DNA of 64,000 bases from a virus (taxonomy: Duplodnaviria > Caudoviricetes), in the IMG/VR virus record IMGVR_UViG_3300014205_000182, positions 79,725 to 143,724 of that record; one strand, written 5' to 3'. Positions 20,484-27,640 of the stretch are shown piece after piece. The notes beneath the pieces were generated by a model. The model saw only the letters and a list, made by a program, of their open reading frames with translations. It was not told the origin of the DNA and did no database searches. The position numbers and the translations under genes were made by a program. Every line of letters starts with the position of its first letter. Within the stretch, counting starts at the first letter, position 1.

Positions 20484-20939
20484 ATGCAACTCGCAAGACC
20501 TGACCAGGTCGTACAGTTAGGCTTCACCGGCACTAAAGTCGGGATGACACCGGCCCAAGCGGTCGGTGTTGCGGCGTTTCTGGGGCAGTTTGCCCGGTTC
20601 GTCGGCCATCACGGGCTCTGCATCGGTGCTGACATACAATTCGACGGGCTGGCACGTGCTGCGCTCGGCTTTGAACACATGGTGATGTACCCGGCCTCAG
20701 GTGTCGGTCCAAAAGCAGGGAGCGTCCCAGCGTCGCCTGGTGACGTTATGCGAGCACCACAACCCCCACTGCTCCGTAACGCGGTCATCGCCTCCACGGT
20801 CGACGTGCTGCTAGCTACCCCGAAAGAGGAGCATATGCAGCTTAGGTCCGGAACGTGGACGACGGTTCGTTATGCACTGAGTCACAACAAGCCGGTTTTT
20901 GTGGTGATACCGAGCGGGCAGGTGATTCCGTGGTACTGA
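20484..20939 (+). CDS. SLOG superfamily (YspA/DprA-like) protein
   Basis: GFTGT, HHG.CIGAD, PLLRN, RSGTWTTVRYA. Confidence 0.75.
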   Translation: MQLARPDQVVQLGFTGTKVGMTPAQAVGVAAFLGQFARFVGHHGLCIGADIQFDGLARAALGFEHMVMYPASGVGPKAGSVPASPGDVMRAPQPPLLRNAVIASTVDVLLATPKEEHMQLRSGTWTTVRYALSHNKPVFVVIPSGQVIPWY

Positions 20940-21239
20940 CTACAAAATTACAAACTTTGAAGGAGCGGATGGAGCGTGATCTGATACGCACCTGCACACA
21001 CATCAAAGCAGTGGGGCGATTCGGGGAAGAGGCAGCGAGAGCCCGAATTGTCGAACGCTTTCATGACGGCATGCCGGCACCTTGCACGTTTCAAATGTCT
21101 GTTAACCAGGTGTTCCAAGCGGGACCTGTCAGTATTTACCTCTACAACGAGGAAGGACAGCCAGTTATCGAAGTTGACCTGGACTACCCGATGGTGGTCG
21201 GACCAGGTGACGAGATCCGACTACAATTCAGAGGGATCA

Positions 21240-21677
21240 GTGTTCAATCGCTGTAAAAAAGCCAGAGAGCAAGCCGGGTTATCACTTCAACAAGCTGCCA
21301 GAGTCACTGGCATAGCTGTCGAAACGTTGCATACGTTTGAAGATCCTAAAGATCCCGGACCACCGGAGGAGATGGCGCAAGTCATCGCATCATATTACGG
21401 TTGCTCGGTCGAATGGCTGCTTGGCAACGGGCCAGATCGTGATTACGCTACAGTCAAAGCAATGAAGGGTTCGGAGCAGCTATCAGACCATGACCGAGAT
21501 GTCTTGGCCGAGTTTGCTGCCAGCCTCCCGAGGCGTAAGCAACCCACCGAAATCCGTGACGGTGGTGATGAAGACGACTGGAACCAGTTTCGAGAAATCG
21601 ATCGCCTGAGGTTTCAGCGTTTTGATAAGTTTGAAGACGCCGATTCTATTCATAAAATCACCGGAAAGAAACGATGA
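21240..21677 (+). CDS. XRE-family helix-turn-helix regulator
   Basis: AREQAGLSLQQAARVTGI...IASYYGCSVEWLLG; GTG start inferred. Confidence 0.75.
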   Translation: MFNRCKKAREQAGLSLQQAARVTGIAVETLHTFEDPKDPGPPEEMAQVIASYYGCSVEWLLGNGPDRDYATVKAMKGSEQLSDHDRDVLAEFAASLPRRKQPTEIRDGGDEDDWNQFREIDRLRFQRFDKFEDADSIHKITGKKR

Positions 21678-22027
21678 AGATCCTATTCCTGGACGACAAC
21701 GCTGAGCGCCACGCCAAGTTCAAACACAACCGCGTCGGTATGGACATCACGCAAGCGTGGAATTACGCCGAGGCGTGCCACCACTTGACCCTTGAGGTGT
21801 TTGACATCGCTTATCTTGATCACGATCTCGACGAGCTAAGTACTGCCGGCCTACCGACAGAGGAGAAGACTGGTACGCACGTGGCCGAGTTTATCGCAGC
21901 TATGCCTGAGGAGAAGCGTCCTAAGTACGTGGTTATTCATTCGTGGAACTACGCTGGCGCGCTCAGGATGCTCGGTATTCTTAGCTCGGCCGGTGTGGCT
22001 TGCATGACGGAGTCTTTTCGTGGATAA
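21674..22027 (+). CDS. cyclic-phosphate-processing receiver domain protein
   Basis: ILFLDD, YLDHDL, TG..VA, IHSWN signature. Confidence 0.8.
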   Translation: MKILFLDDNAERHAKFKHNRVGMDITQAWNYAEACHHLTLEVFDIAYLDHDLDELSTAGLPTEEKTGTHVAEFIAAMPEEKRPKYVVIHSWNYAGALRMLGILSSAGVACMTESFRG

Positions 22028-22319
22028 ACGACAAGTTAGGATCATCAATAAGCAAGGGGTGCTTATAGGTGTAGGTAAGTTGCGCTATGTTAACACCGGA
22101 GAAGGGCACGGCTATAACTGCATGGTTCAGTGCGAACCTCCTGTAGAATTAACGATCTTTAGTCACCAGTACACCGAACATTTCTACTTCCTTCTGCCGT
22201 CCGGGCATTATCACGTCTGGGGTTGTGGGCATAGCGAACCTGACGACCAAATCCAGATCCACCCTGAAGACTTGCACGATATTCTGGTCTGGCATCCACA
22301 GGAGTCTTTCAGAGGTTGA
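22020..22319 (+). CDS. hypothetical protein
   Basis: coupled ORF. Confidence 0.55.
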   Translation: MDKRQVRIINKQGVLIGVGKLRYVNTGEGHGYNCMVQCEPPVELTIFSHQYTEHFYFLLPSGHYHVWGCGHSEPDDQIQIHPEDLHDILVWHPQESFRG

Positions 22320-22332
22320 ACTAGTTTTCTGA

Positions 22333-23826
22333 TTGATGCTACCAGAACGTCTGCAAACCCTACCAACAAACGGCATAGCTTTCGACTTAGAAACGTACCT
22401 GATCCGTCCGGGGAACTTAGTTCCCCCGCTCGTCCTGGGCTCCGTTGCCTGGTACGATGGAGCTAACATTCAGGGCGCCCTGCTCGACAAGGAGCAGGCG
22501 CTTGAGTTATTTGCTCAGGTCATCGACGACACTACGAAGATCATCGAAGGCGCTAACATCGCTTTCGATCTAGCTGTTCTCGTTCGCGAGTTCGCCAAGC
22601 GAGGGATTGACATTATCCCCTACATCGCCATGGCGCTTATGGGCGAGCATCGCGAACACATGACCGGCATCGACGACGGTCGAATCTACGACATTCAACA
22701 CGCCGAGGCTCTGAACGCCATCGGTCTCGGAATGCTCGGCAAGAACCCGCGAACCGGTGAGCCTCTGAAGGGACGCTACTCGCAGGATCAGGTTATCAAG
22801 CTTAACTTTGACAGAGATGATGCCAAGATTAACGACGAATTCCGTTTGCGATACGGCGAGTTCGACGGTGTACCGCTCGATCAACTTCCCGAGAAGGCTC
22901 GCCAGTACCCAGTAGACGACGTCGTCAACTGTAAGCAAGCAGCACTGGCCCAGACTGGTCACATCCCTAAGATCGGCCCGTATCACACCTGGGGACCGAA
23001 GGGTGCGTGTGTCGACTGTGGCGCCACGGGCATGAGTACGCCGTGCTGGATCACGAAGCCTCACCTGAACCTTCACGACCTTGCTAGCCAGACCTCGACG
23101 GCATTCTGGTTGCACATGGGCGCAGCTACAGGCTTCAAGATCGACCAGAAGTACGTCGACATCATCGAGAATTATTCGTCTAAGAACCGCATCGACGGCC
23201 TCAAGCCGTACATTGAAGCGGGTCTGATTCGTCCGAATGGTACCGAGGATCGCAGCGAACTTAAGCGCCGCGTTGCTGTTGCTTTTGGTTCCAAGGATCC
23301 GTGCCCTGTCTGCTCCGGCACTGGCAAAGTACCGAGCCCGGCCAACCCTAAGTCCAAGATCATCTGCTTTCAGATGGCCGAGGACCAGCAGACCAAGCTC
23401 AAGACTTGTGACGGCACTGGTCTGATTCTTCACCCTGATGTGCCGCGTTCTGAGAAGGACGGCATCGGTTACGGGCGTTCGTACCTGATTGATAGTGGTG
23501 ACGAATTCCTCATGGGTTACGCCGAGGTGATGGAAGACGCCAAGGTTCTGAACGTCTACGTTCCGTTCCTTCGTACTGGGCGTTTGTGTGTCTCGTGTGA
23601 CCATCACGGCACGGACAAGGATCCTCACAAAGAGGGTTGTGCGATGGCCGGCTGGAAAGATATCCCACTGACCCTGCGCCCAAACCCTATCCTTGATACA
23701 GGACGTGTCAGCTACGATGGGGCTGTAATGCTCCTGCCACGCCGCCCCGGTTTTATGGGTAAGTTCTTCGAAGAGATTGAAGTGCCAGACGACTACGTCC
23801 TTCAGGAAGGTGAAGAATGGGCGTAG
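22333..23826 (+). CDS. polA: family A DNA polymerase, N-terminal fragment (3'-5' exonuclease/thumb)
   Basis: AFDLET (ExoI), GANIAFD (ExoII), YPVDD (ExoIII), DTGRVS; stops before motif A. Confidence 0.8.
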   Translation: MMLPERLQTLPTNGIAFDLETYLIRPGNLVPPLVLGSVAWYDGANIQGALLDKEQALELFAQVIDDTTKIIEGANIAFDLAVLVREFAKRGIDIIPYIAMALMGEHREHMTGIDDGRIYDIQHAEALNAIGLGMLGKNPRTGEPLKGRYSQDQVIKLNFDRDDAKINDEFRLRYGEFDGVPLDQLPEKARQYPVDDVVNCKQAALAQTGHIPKIGPYHTWGPKGACVDCGATGMSTPCWITKPHLNLHDLASQTSTAFWLHMGAATGFKIDQKYVDIIENYSSKNRIDGLKPYIEAGLIRPNGTEDRSELKRRVAVAFGSKDPCPVCSGTGKVPSPANPKSKIICFQMAEDQQTKLKTCDGTGLILHPDVPRSEKDGIGYGRSYLIDSGDEFLMGYAEVMEDAKVLNVYVPFLRTGRLCVSCDHHGTDKDPHKEGCAMAGWKDIPLTLRPNPILDTGRVSYDGAVMLLPRRPGFMGKFFEEIEVPDDYVLQEGEEWA

Positions 23827-24257
23827 ATCACATCGGAAAAACGGAGAAGGGGTGTACCCGTTGCCTGGAAACTAAACCGATTGATAGTTTTTACCTGGTC
23901 AAACACCAGGCTAACGGAAGATTTTATCGGCAAGCCCAATGTAGGGCCTGTGACGACAGTAGACGCAAACGGGAGAACGATTGTAATCGAGAGCGTAACA
24001 AGTGGCGTGCGATTCTGAAGAAGTACGGGATTACGAAAGATCAGTGGGAGGACAGGTTCTCACAGCAAGGTTCCAGATGTGCAGTATGTCCTGCAATTGA
24101 ACCTGGATGGGAACGCGGTTGGGTGGTGGATCACGATCACAAAACCGGACGTATACGAGGGTTACTGTGTGTTAACTGTAACTTGTTAGTGGGTCACGCC
24201 AAAGACAACCCGTCAACGCTGCGGAATGCAGCGAAATACCTGGAGACAACACAATGA
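23817..24257 (+). CDS. endonuclease VII-family homing endonuclease
   Basis: CTRC, CRAC, KYGIT, CAVC, VDHDH.TG.IRGLLC..CN. Confidence 0.9.
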   Translation: MGVDHIGKTEKGCTRCLETKPIDSFYLVKHQANGRFYRQAQCRACDDSRRKRENDCNRERNKWRAILKKYGITKDQWEDRFSQQGSRCAVCPAIEPGWERGWVVDHDHKTGRIRGLLCVNCNLLVGHAKDNPSTLRNAAKYLETTQ

Positions 24258-25483
24258 AGAAAATCAAGCGATGGAGCGCACAGTACGTTCCCAGCATGCG
24301 CGAATGCTTTCAAGCTCGCGACGGCAAGGGCTATTCGTCCGAGGACTTCAAGGCCGGTGAAACGTTTACGCACGCCCAGAGTTGTATCTGGTTGCTCGGA
24401 TACTCTGACCTTGGTGTCGCTCTCCTGAACGACGTCGATCCTCACGGCGCCGTCGCTGCATCCGTTCTTGGTGTGAGCTACGAAGAATGGTTCAAGCGTC
24501 GTAAGGAACCTCTCTTTAAGGCGGCTCGTCAGGGCGCCAAGCCATTTACGTTTGGAAAGCCCACCGGCATGTCGTCGATCAAGCTTGTCTTGTCTAACCG
24601 CGCCCAGGGCCAGGATACGCCAGCCGAGGGAGGACCGTCGTGGATTGACGACGGAACGTATACCGGCAAGAAGATTCGCGGGTACAAGGGTACGAGATTC
24701 TGCATTCTGATGAACGGCTCACCTACCTGTGGTGACATCAAGGTAACCAGCTGGGGTCGTCGCGACAAGATCCCGCCGACTTGCAAGGCTTGTCTGGAAT
24801 GTGCCGATCACCTCGGCAAGATTTGGCTCAAGCAGTGGCGTGAGAACCAGCCGTACTACGACATCAACGACGGGATCGTCAACGAAGGTATGATGATCAC
24901 TGAGGAAGCTCTGGAGCGTTGGCCGTGGCTCAAGAAGGTCTATCGCCCTGGCACGAAGACCGAACCTGGCCAGGTGATGCAACACTGGTCCGGTCGTTTG
25001 CGTGGTGGTATGGACTTCACGACGACGTGCAACGGGTGGTTCCAAGTCCTTCTGGCCGAGATCACCAAGCTTGCATACCGCCTCGTCGCTCGTGAGTGCT
25101 ACGACTCGACAATCAAGGTGCCAACACAGTTGTTCTACAACTCCAACCGTAGTCGTTACGCTGGTATGCAGAGCCCACTGTTCCGGTCTACACCGGTTGC
25201 ACCATTTCACGACGAGTTGTTTATGGAGCACCCGGCGTCGATGCTGGTTGACGGTGCAATGCGCACCAGTGAAGTAATGCGTGATGTTTTTGCGTATGTT
25301 TGCCCGGACATGGCTGCGAAGGTTGGTGCCGACCCTACCATCATGGAGCGTTGGTACAAGAACGCCGAGCCGGTCTACCGCGACGCGGCGGGTAACAAGT
25401 GCGAGCCCGACGCGCCGGGCGCACGGCTTTCGCTGTGGAAGCCGAAATTCGGACCGGGCGCTGAGGTTGTTGGAGTCCAGTGA
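24254..25483 (+). CDS. polA: family A DNA polymerase, C-terminal fragment (palm/fingers)
   Basis: MRECFQAR..SEDFKAGE (motif A), DPH, RQGAKPFTFG (motif B), FHDEL (motif C). Confidence 0.8.
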   Translation: MKKIKRWSAQYVPSMRECFQARDGKGYSSEDFKAGETFTHAQSCIWLLGYSDLGVALLNDVDPHGAVAASVLGVSYEEWFKRRKEPLFKAARQGAKPFTFGKPTGMSSIKLVLSNRAQGQDTPAEGGPSWIDDGTYTGKKIRGYKGTRFCILMNGSPTCGDIKVTSWGRRDKIPPTCKACLECADHLGKIWLKQWRENQPYYDINDGIVNEGMMITEEALERWPWLKKVYRPGTKTEPGQVMQHWSGRLRGGMDFTTTCNGWFQVLLAEITKLAYRLVARECYDSTIKVPTQLFYNSNRSRYAGMQSPLFRSTPVAPFHDELFMEHPASMLVDGAMRTSEVMRDVFAYVCPDMAAKVGADPTIMERWYKNAEPVYRDAAGNKCEPDAPGARLSLWKPKFGPGAEVVGVQ

Positions 25484-25505
25484 GACCTTCGCTGGTTATC
25501 TGGGC

Positions 25506-26117
25506 ATGACGTACGAGAGACCAGATAGCCGTCCTCTGCCAGAGTTTCAGCCTTGGCCTAAGATCCCGAGACTTAACCGTGAGGTTACCGTTTCGGAGAA
25601 GATCGATGGAACAAACGCTGCGGTCTGGATTTCTGATGACGGTACTCAAATCGGTGCCCAGTCTCGGACGAAGTGGATCACTCCCAAGGATGATAACTAC
25701 GGTTTCGCTCGTTGGGTAGAGGAAAACCGCGACGAGCTTCTAAAGCTCGGACCTGGACATCACTTCGGTGAATGGTGGGGCTCTGGTATCAACCGCCGCT
25801 ACGGTCTAACCGAGCGTAGGTTCTGGTTGTTCAACACGCATCGTTGGGGTAATCCGGATACACGTCCTGCGTGTGTGGGCTGCGTTCCAGTTCTTTGGAA
25901 CGGTAACTACCAGGACATGGATCTTGCTGCAATCATGGCCAAGCTCACGAGTGAGGGTAGCGTGTCTGCGCCCGGGTTTATGAAGCCTGAGGGAGTTGTA
26001 ATCTTCCATCACGCCGCAGATCAGTACTTCAAGGTGCTTGCGGAGGGTGACGAGTTACCTAAGGGGATTACTACGTTGAAGGAACGCGCAACGCTTGCAA
26101 AGCTGGAGGGAAAATGA
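25506..26117 (+). CDS. ATP-dependent RNA ligase (Rnl2-like)
   Basis: SEKIDGTNA, QSR, FGEWWG, FWLFN, EGVV, K; start at MTYE. Confidence 0.85.
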   Translation: MTYERPDSRPLPEFQPWPKIPRLNREVTVSEKIDGTNAAVWISDDGTQIGAQSRTKWITPKDDNYGFARWVEENRDELLKLGPGHHFGEWWGSGINRRYGLTERRFWLFNTHRWGNPDTRPACVGCVPVLWNGNYQDMDLAAIMAKLTSEGSVSAPGFMKPEGVVIFHHAADQYFKVLAEGDELPKGITTLKERATLAKLEGK

Positions 26118-26380
26118 GCGATCGAAAGTTCAAGATTGGTGACGTCGTTGTTCTGCGCTCGGGCGGGCCGCAGATGACCGTACTTCAATACGAAGTCGAC
26201 AAATTTAACTACGTTGAGGACGACGAGGAGCCCGGTGTGGAGTGTTGTTGGTTTGCCGAGACAGGCAACGGGTACACACCAGACGACATCCACAGTGATG
26301 AATTTGCTGAAGAGATTCTGACACTGCTTTACACCGCTGAAGCTTTTGACAACGCCAATAAACACAAGAGGGACCAGTGA
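26114..26380 (+). CDS. YodC/DUF2158-like protein
   Basis: FKIGDVVVLRSGGPQMTV..C.WF. Confidence 0.75.
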   Translation: MSDRKFKIGDVVVLRSGGPQMTVLQYEVDKFNYVEDDEEPGVECCWFAETGNGYTPDDIHSDEFAEEILTLLYTAEAFDNANKHKRDQ

Positions 26381-26778
26381 GCCTCTGGACACGTGGTATC
26401 ACATCTCTCGGCTGGATCGGAATCGATCTTGACGGAACTCTAGCCACTTACGGCACTCGCCAGTGGCCAGACATCGGCGAACCTGTCCCAGCTATCCTAG
26501 CAATCGTGAAGGATTACCTAGCTCAAGGGCGCGAAGTTCGCATCATGACGGCACGCGTCGGTAACCTCTTCAAGAACCACGTAACTCGTGCAGAGTACGA
26601 CGACGGAGTTGAGCAGGAGCGTTTAGTTCAGGCTTGGTGCATGAAGCATCTCGGCAGAGAACTACCTGTAACTGCCGTGAAGGACTATGATATGGACCTT
26701 CTTCTGGACGACCGTGCAGTGACTATCGAGAAAAACACTGGTGTGATCTTGACAAAGGATTGGAGCGTGACTAAATGA
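26377..26778 (+). CDS. HAD-family phosphatase (PNKP-phosphatase-like)
   Basis: IDLDGTLA, TAR, K, DDRA. Confidence 0.8.
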   Translation: MSLWTRGITSLGWIGIDLDGTLATYGTRQWPDIGEPVPAILAIVKDYLAQGREVRIMTARVGNLFKNHVTRAEYDDGVEQERLVQAWCMKHLGRELPVTAVKDYDMDLLLDDRAVTIEKNTGVILTKDWSVTK

Positions 26779-27017
26779 GTGATATGAACAATTCACAGAA
26801 GGCGGTACAGGCTCTGGTTATTCAGCTGCACGAAGCCGGTGAGCCGATTGAAGACATTACCGACGCGTTCTCGTTTGCTGGTGCCATTGCAGCGGCAAGC
26901 CTCAAGCTGCCGCGACGCAACGTCGAAGGCCTTGTCGGTATTCTTGCATCGGTGATGAACAACGAGATCCCTTCGCATTATCCGTCCCTTGACGATAAGC
27001 CCTTGACAGAGAACTAG
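26775..27017 (+). CDS. hypothetical protein
   Basis: coupled ORF. Confidence 0.5.
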   Translation: MSDMNNSQKAVQALVIQLHEAGEPIEDITDAFSFAGAIAAASLKLPRRNVEGLVGILASVMNNEIPSHYPSLDDKPLTEN

Positions 27018-27031
27018 TTCGTAGTTAGATT
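27003..27031 (+). promoter_or_regulatory. sigma70-type promoter for ncRNA array and Ro60
   Basis: TTGACA-N17-TAGATT; predicted TSS near 27037, first base of scaffold 1. Confidence 0.75.
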
Positions 27032-27036
27032 GTTTT

Positions 27037-27101
27037 TGAGACAGTGAAGCTGACGGATACTTCATCCATTAAAGAAACCCCGTCAACGTTATATCTTCTC
27101 A
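27037..27101 (+). ncRNA. Y-RNA-like scaffold copy 1
   Basis: TGAGA/TCTCA, CAGTGA, TGACGG/CCGTCA, ATACTTCAT, TATCT. Confidence 0.7.
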
Positions 27102-27105
27102 TTTT

Positions 27106-27179
27106 GCCCCTGTAGCTTAATTCTAGAGCACCGGTCATTAGGACCGGGGATCGTGGTGAAAATCCATGCAGGGGCGCCA
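27106..27179 (+). tRNA. atypical tRNA, nominal anticodon UUA
   Basis: acceptor GCCCCTG/CAGGGGC + G-CCA; D stem GCTT/GAGC; CCGGT-CATTAGG-ACCGG; T arm CGTGG-TGAAAAT-CCATG; A33, no D-loop GG. Confidence 0.75.
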
Positions 27180-27180
27180 A

Positions 27181-27241
27181 GCGGTAGTGATAGACTCGGA
27201 TACTTCATGGGGAAATAAACCCGAGTCAACAATATCTCCGC
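27181..27241 (+). ncRNA. Y-RNA-like scaffold copy 2
   Basis: GCGG/CCGC, TAGTGA, GACTCGG/CCGAGTC, ATACTTCAT, TATCT. Confidence 0.7.
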
Positions 27242-27251
27242 GTTAATTTAT

Positions 27252-27337
27252 GCACCTTATAGCTAGCAGCGGCGTGAATCACCAGCAGTACTGGTCGCGA
27301 AAGCGTAGTCACGACAAAATGAAGGTAGGGTGCGCCA
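27252..27337 (+). ncRNA. CCA-ended pseudo-tRNA with non-cloverleaf core
   Basis: acceptor-like stem GCACCTTA/TAGGGTGC + G-CCA; core CGTGA/TCACG enclosing ACCAG/CTGGT and CGC-GAAA-GCG hairpins. Confidence 0.6.
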
Positions 27338-27340
27338 ATT

Positions 27341-27470
27341 TGCCGATAGTGATGAGAGCGGTTACTTCATTGATAACGAACGAGGTCCGGGCTGCAAACC
27401 CCGGCGCACCTGCAAAGGTGTGTAGCTTAATAGTAGAGCGCGAAAACACCGCAATCGATTATCTTCGGCA
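27341..27470 (+). ncRNA. YrlA-like Y RNA (scaffold copy 3) with circularly permuted tRNA module
   Basis: TGCCGA/TCGGCA; TAGTGA; GCGGT/ACCGC; order is T arm CCGGG/CCCGG, 7-bp acceptor CGCACCT/AGGTGTG closed by GCAA, TA, D arm GCTT-AATAGTA-GAGC; next to Ro60. Confidence 0.8.
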
Positions 27471-27478
27471 CTTTTCAA

Positions 27479-27524
27479 GTGCGCCCCTGGACTGAGGGTC
27501 GGGGGACGGGGTCCAGGGGCGCAC
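27479..27524 (+). promoter_or_regulatory. 14-bp GC hairpin with G-rich loop before Ro60 (attenuator/terminator-like)
   Basis: GTGCGCCCCTGGAC/GTCCAGGGGCGCAC followed by ATCCTTTT. Confidence 0.55.
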
Positions 27525-27640
27525 ATCCTTTTATGTCCAGCAAGCATTACAACCCTGAAAAACGTGTATGGCGAGGCCGCTCCTACAAGAACGGCAAGCG
27601 TGTTTCTGAACTCAAGTACTCCAACAAAGGTAGTGACACA

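Noticed and set aside
22570-23628. Long antisense ORFs (also 19075-19935, 28463-29086, 42027-42698)
   Set aside because: Shadow frames of well-supported GC3-rich genes with no motifs.
23817-24257. Group I intron or split intein in polA
   Set aside because: ORFs overlap with no non-coding core; no intein terminal motifs.
27037-27470. CRISPR array
   Set aside because: Repeats are not identical, covary as RNA stems and vary in length; no cas genes. The Cas4-like gene is a typical phage exonuclease.
27250-27495. 81-aa ORF and the 27479 GTG start of Ro60 from the ORF track
   Set aside because: They overlap the structured RNAs and hairpin; recognisable Ro60 sequence begins near 27641.
27629-27640. 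GGTAGTGA before the Ro60 start as a fifth scaffold/autoregulatory site
   Set aside because: No partner stems or UACUUC motif; overlaps the likely RBS.
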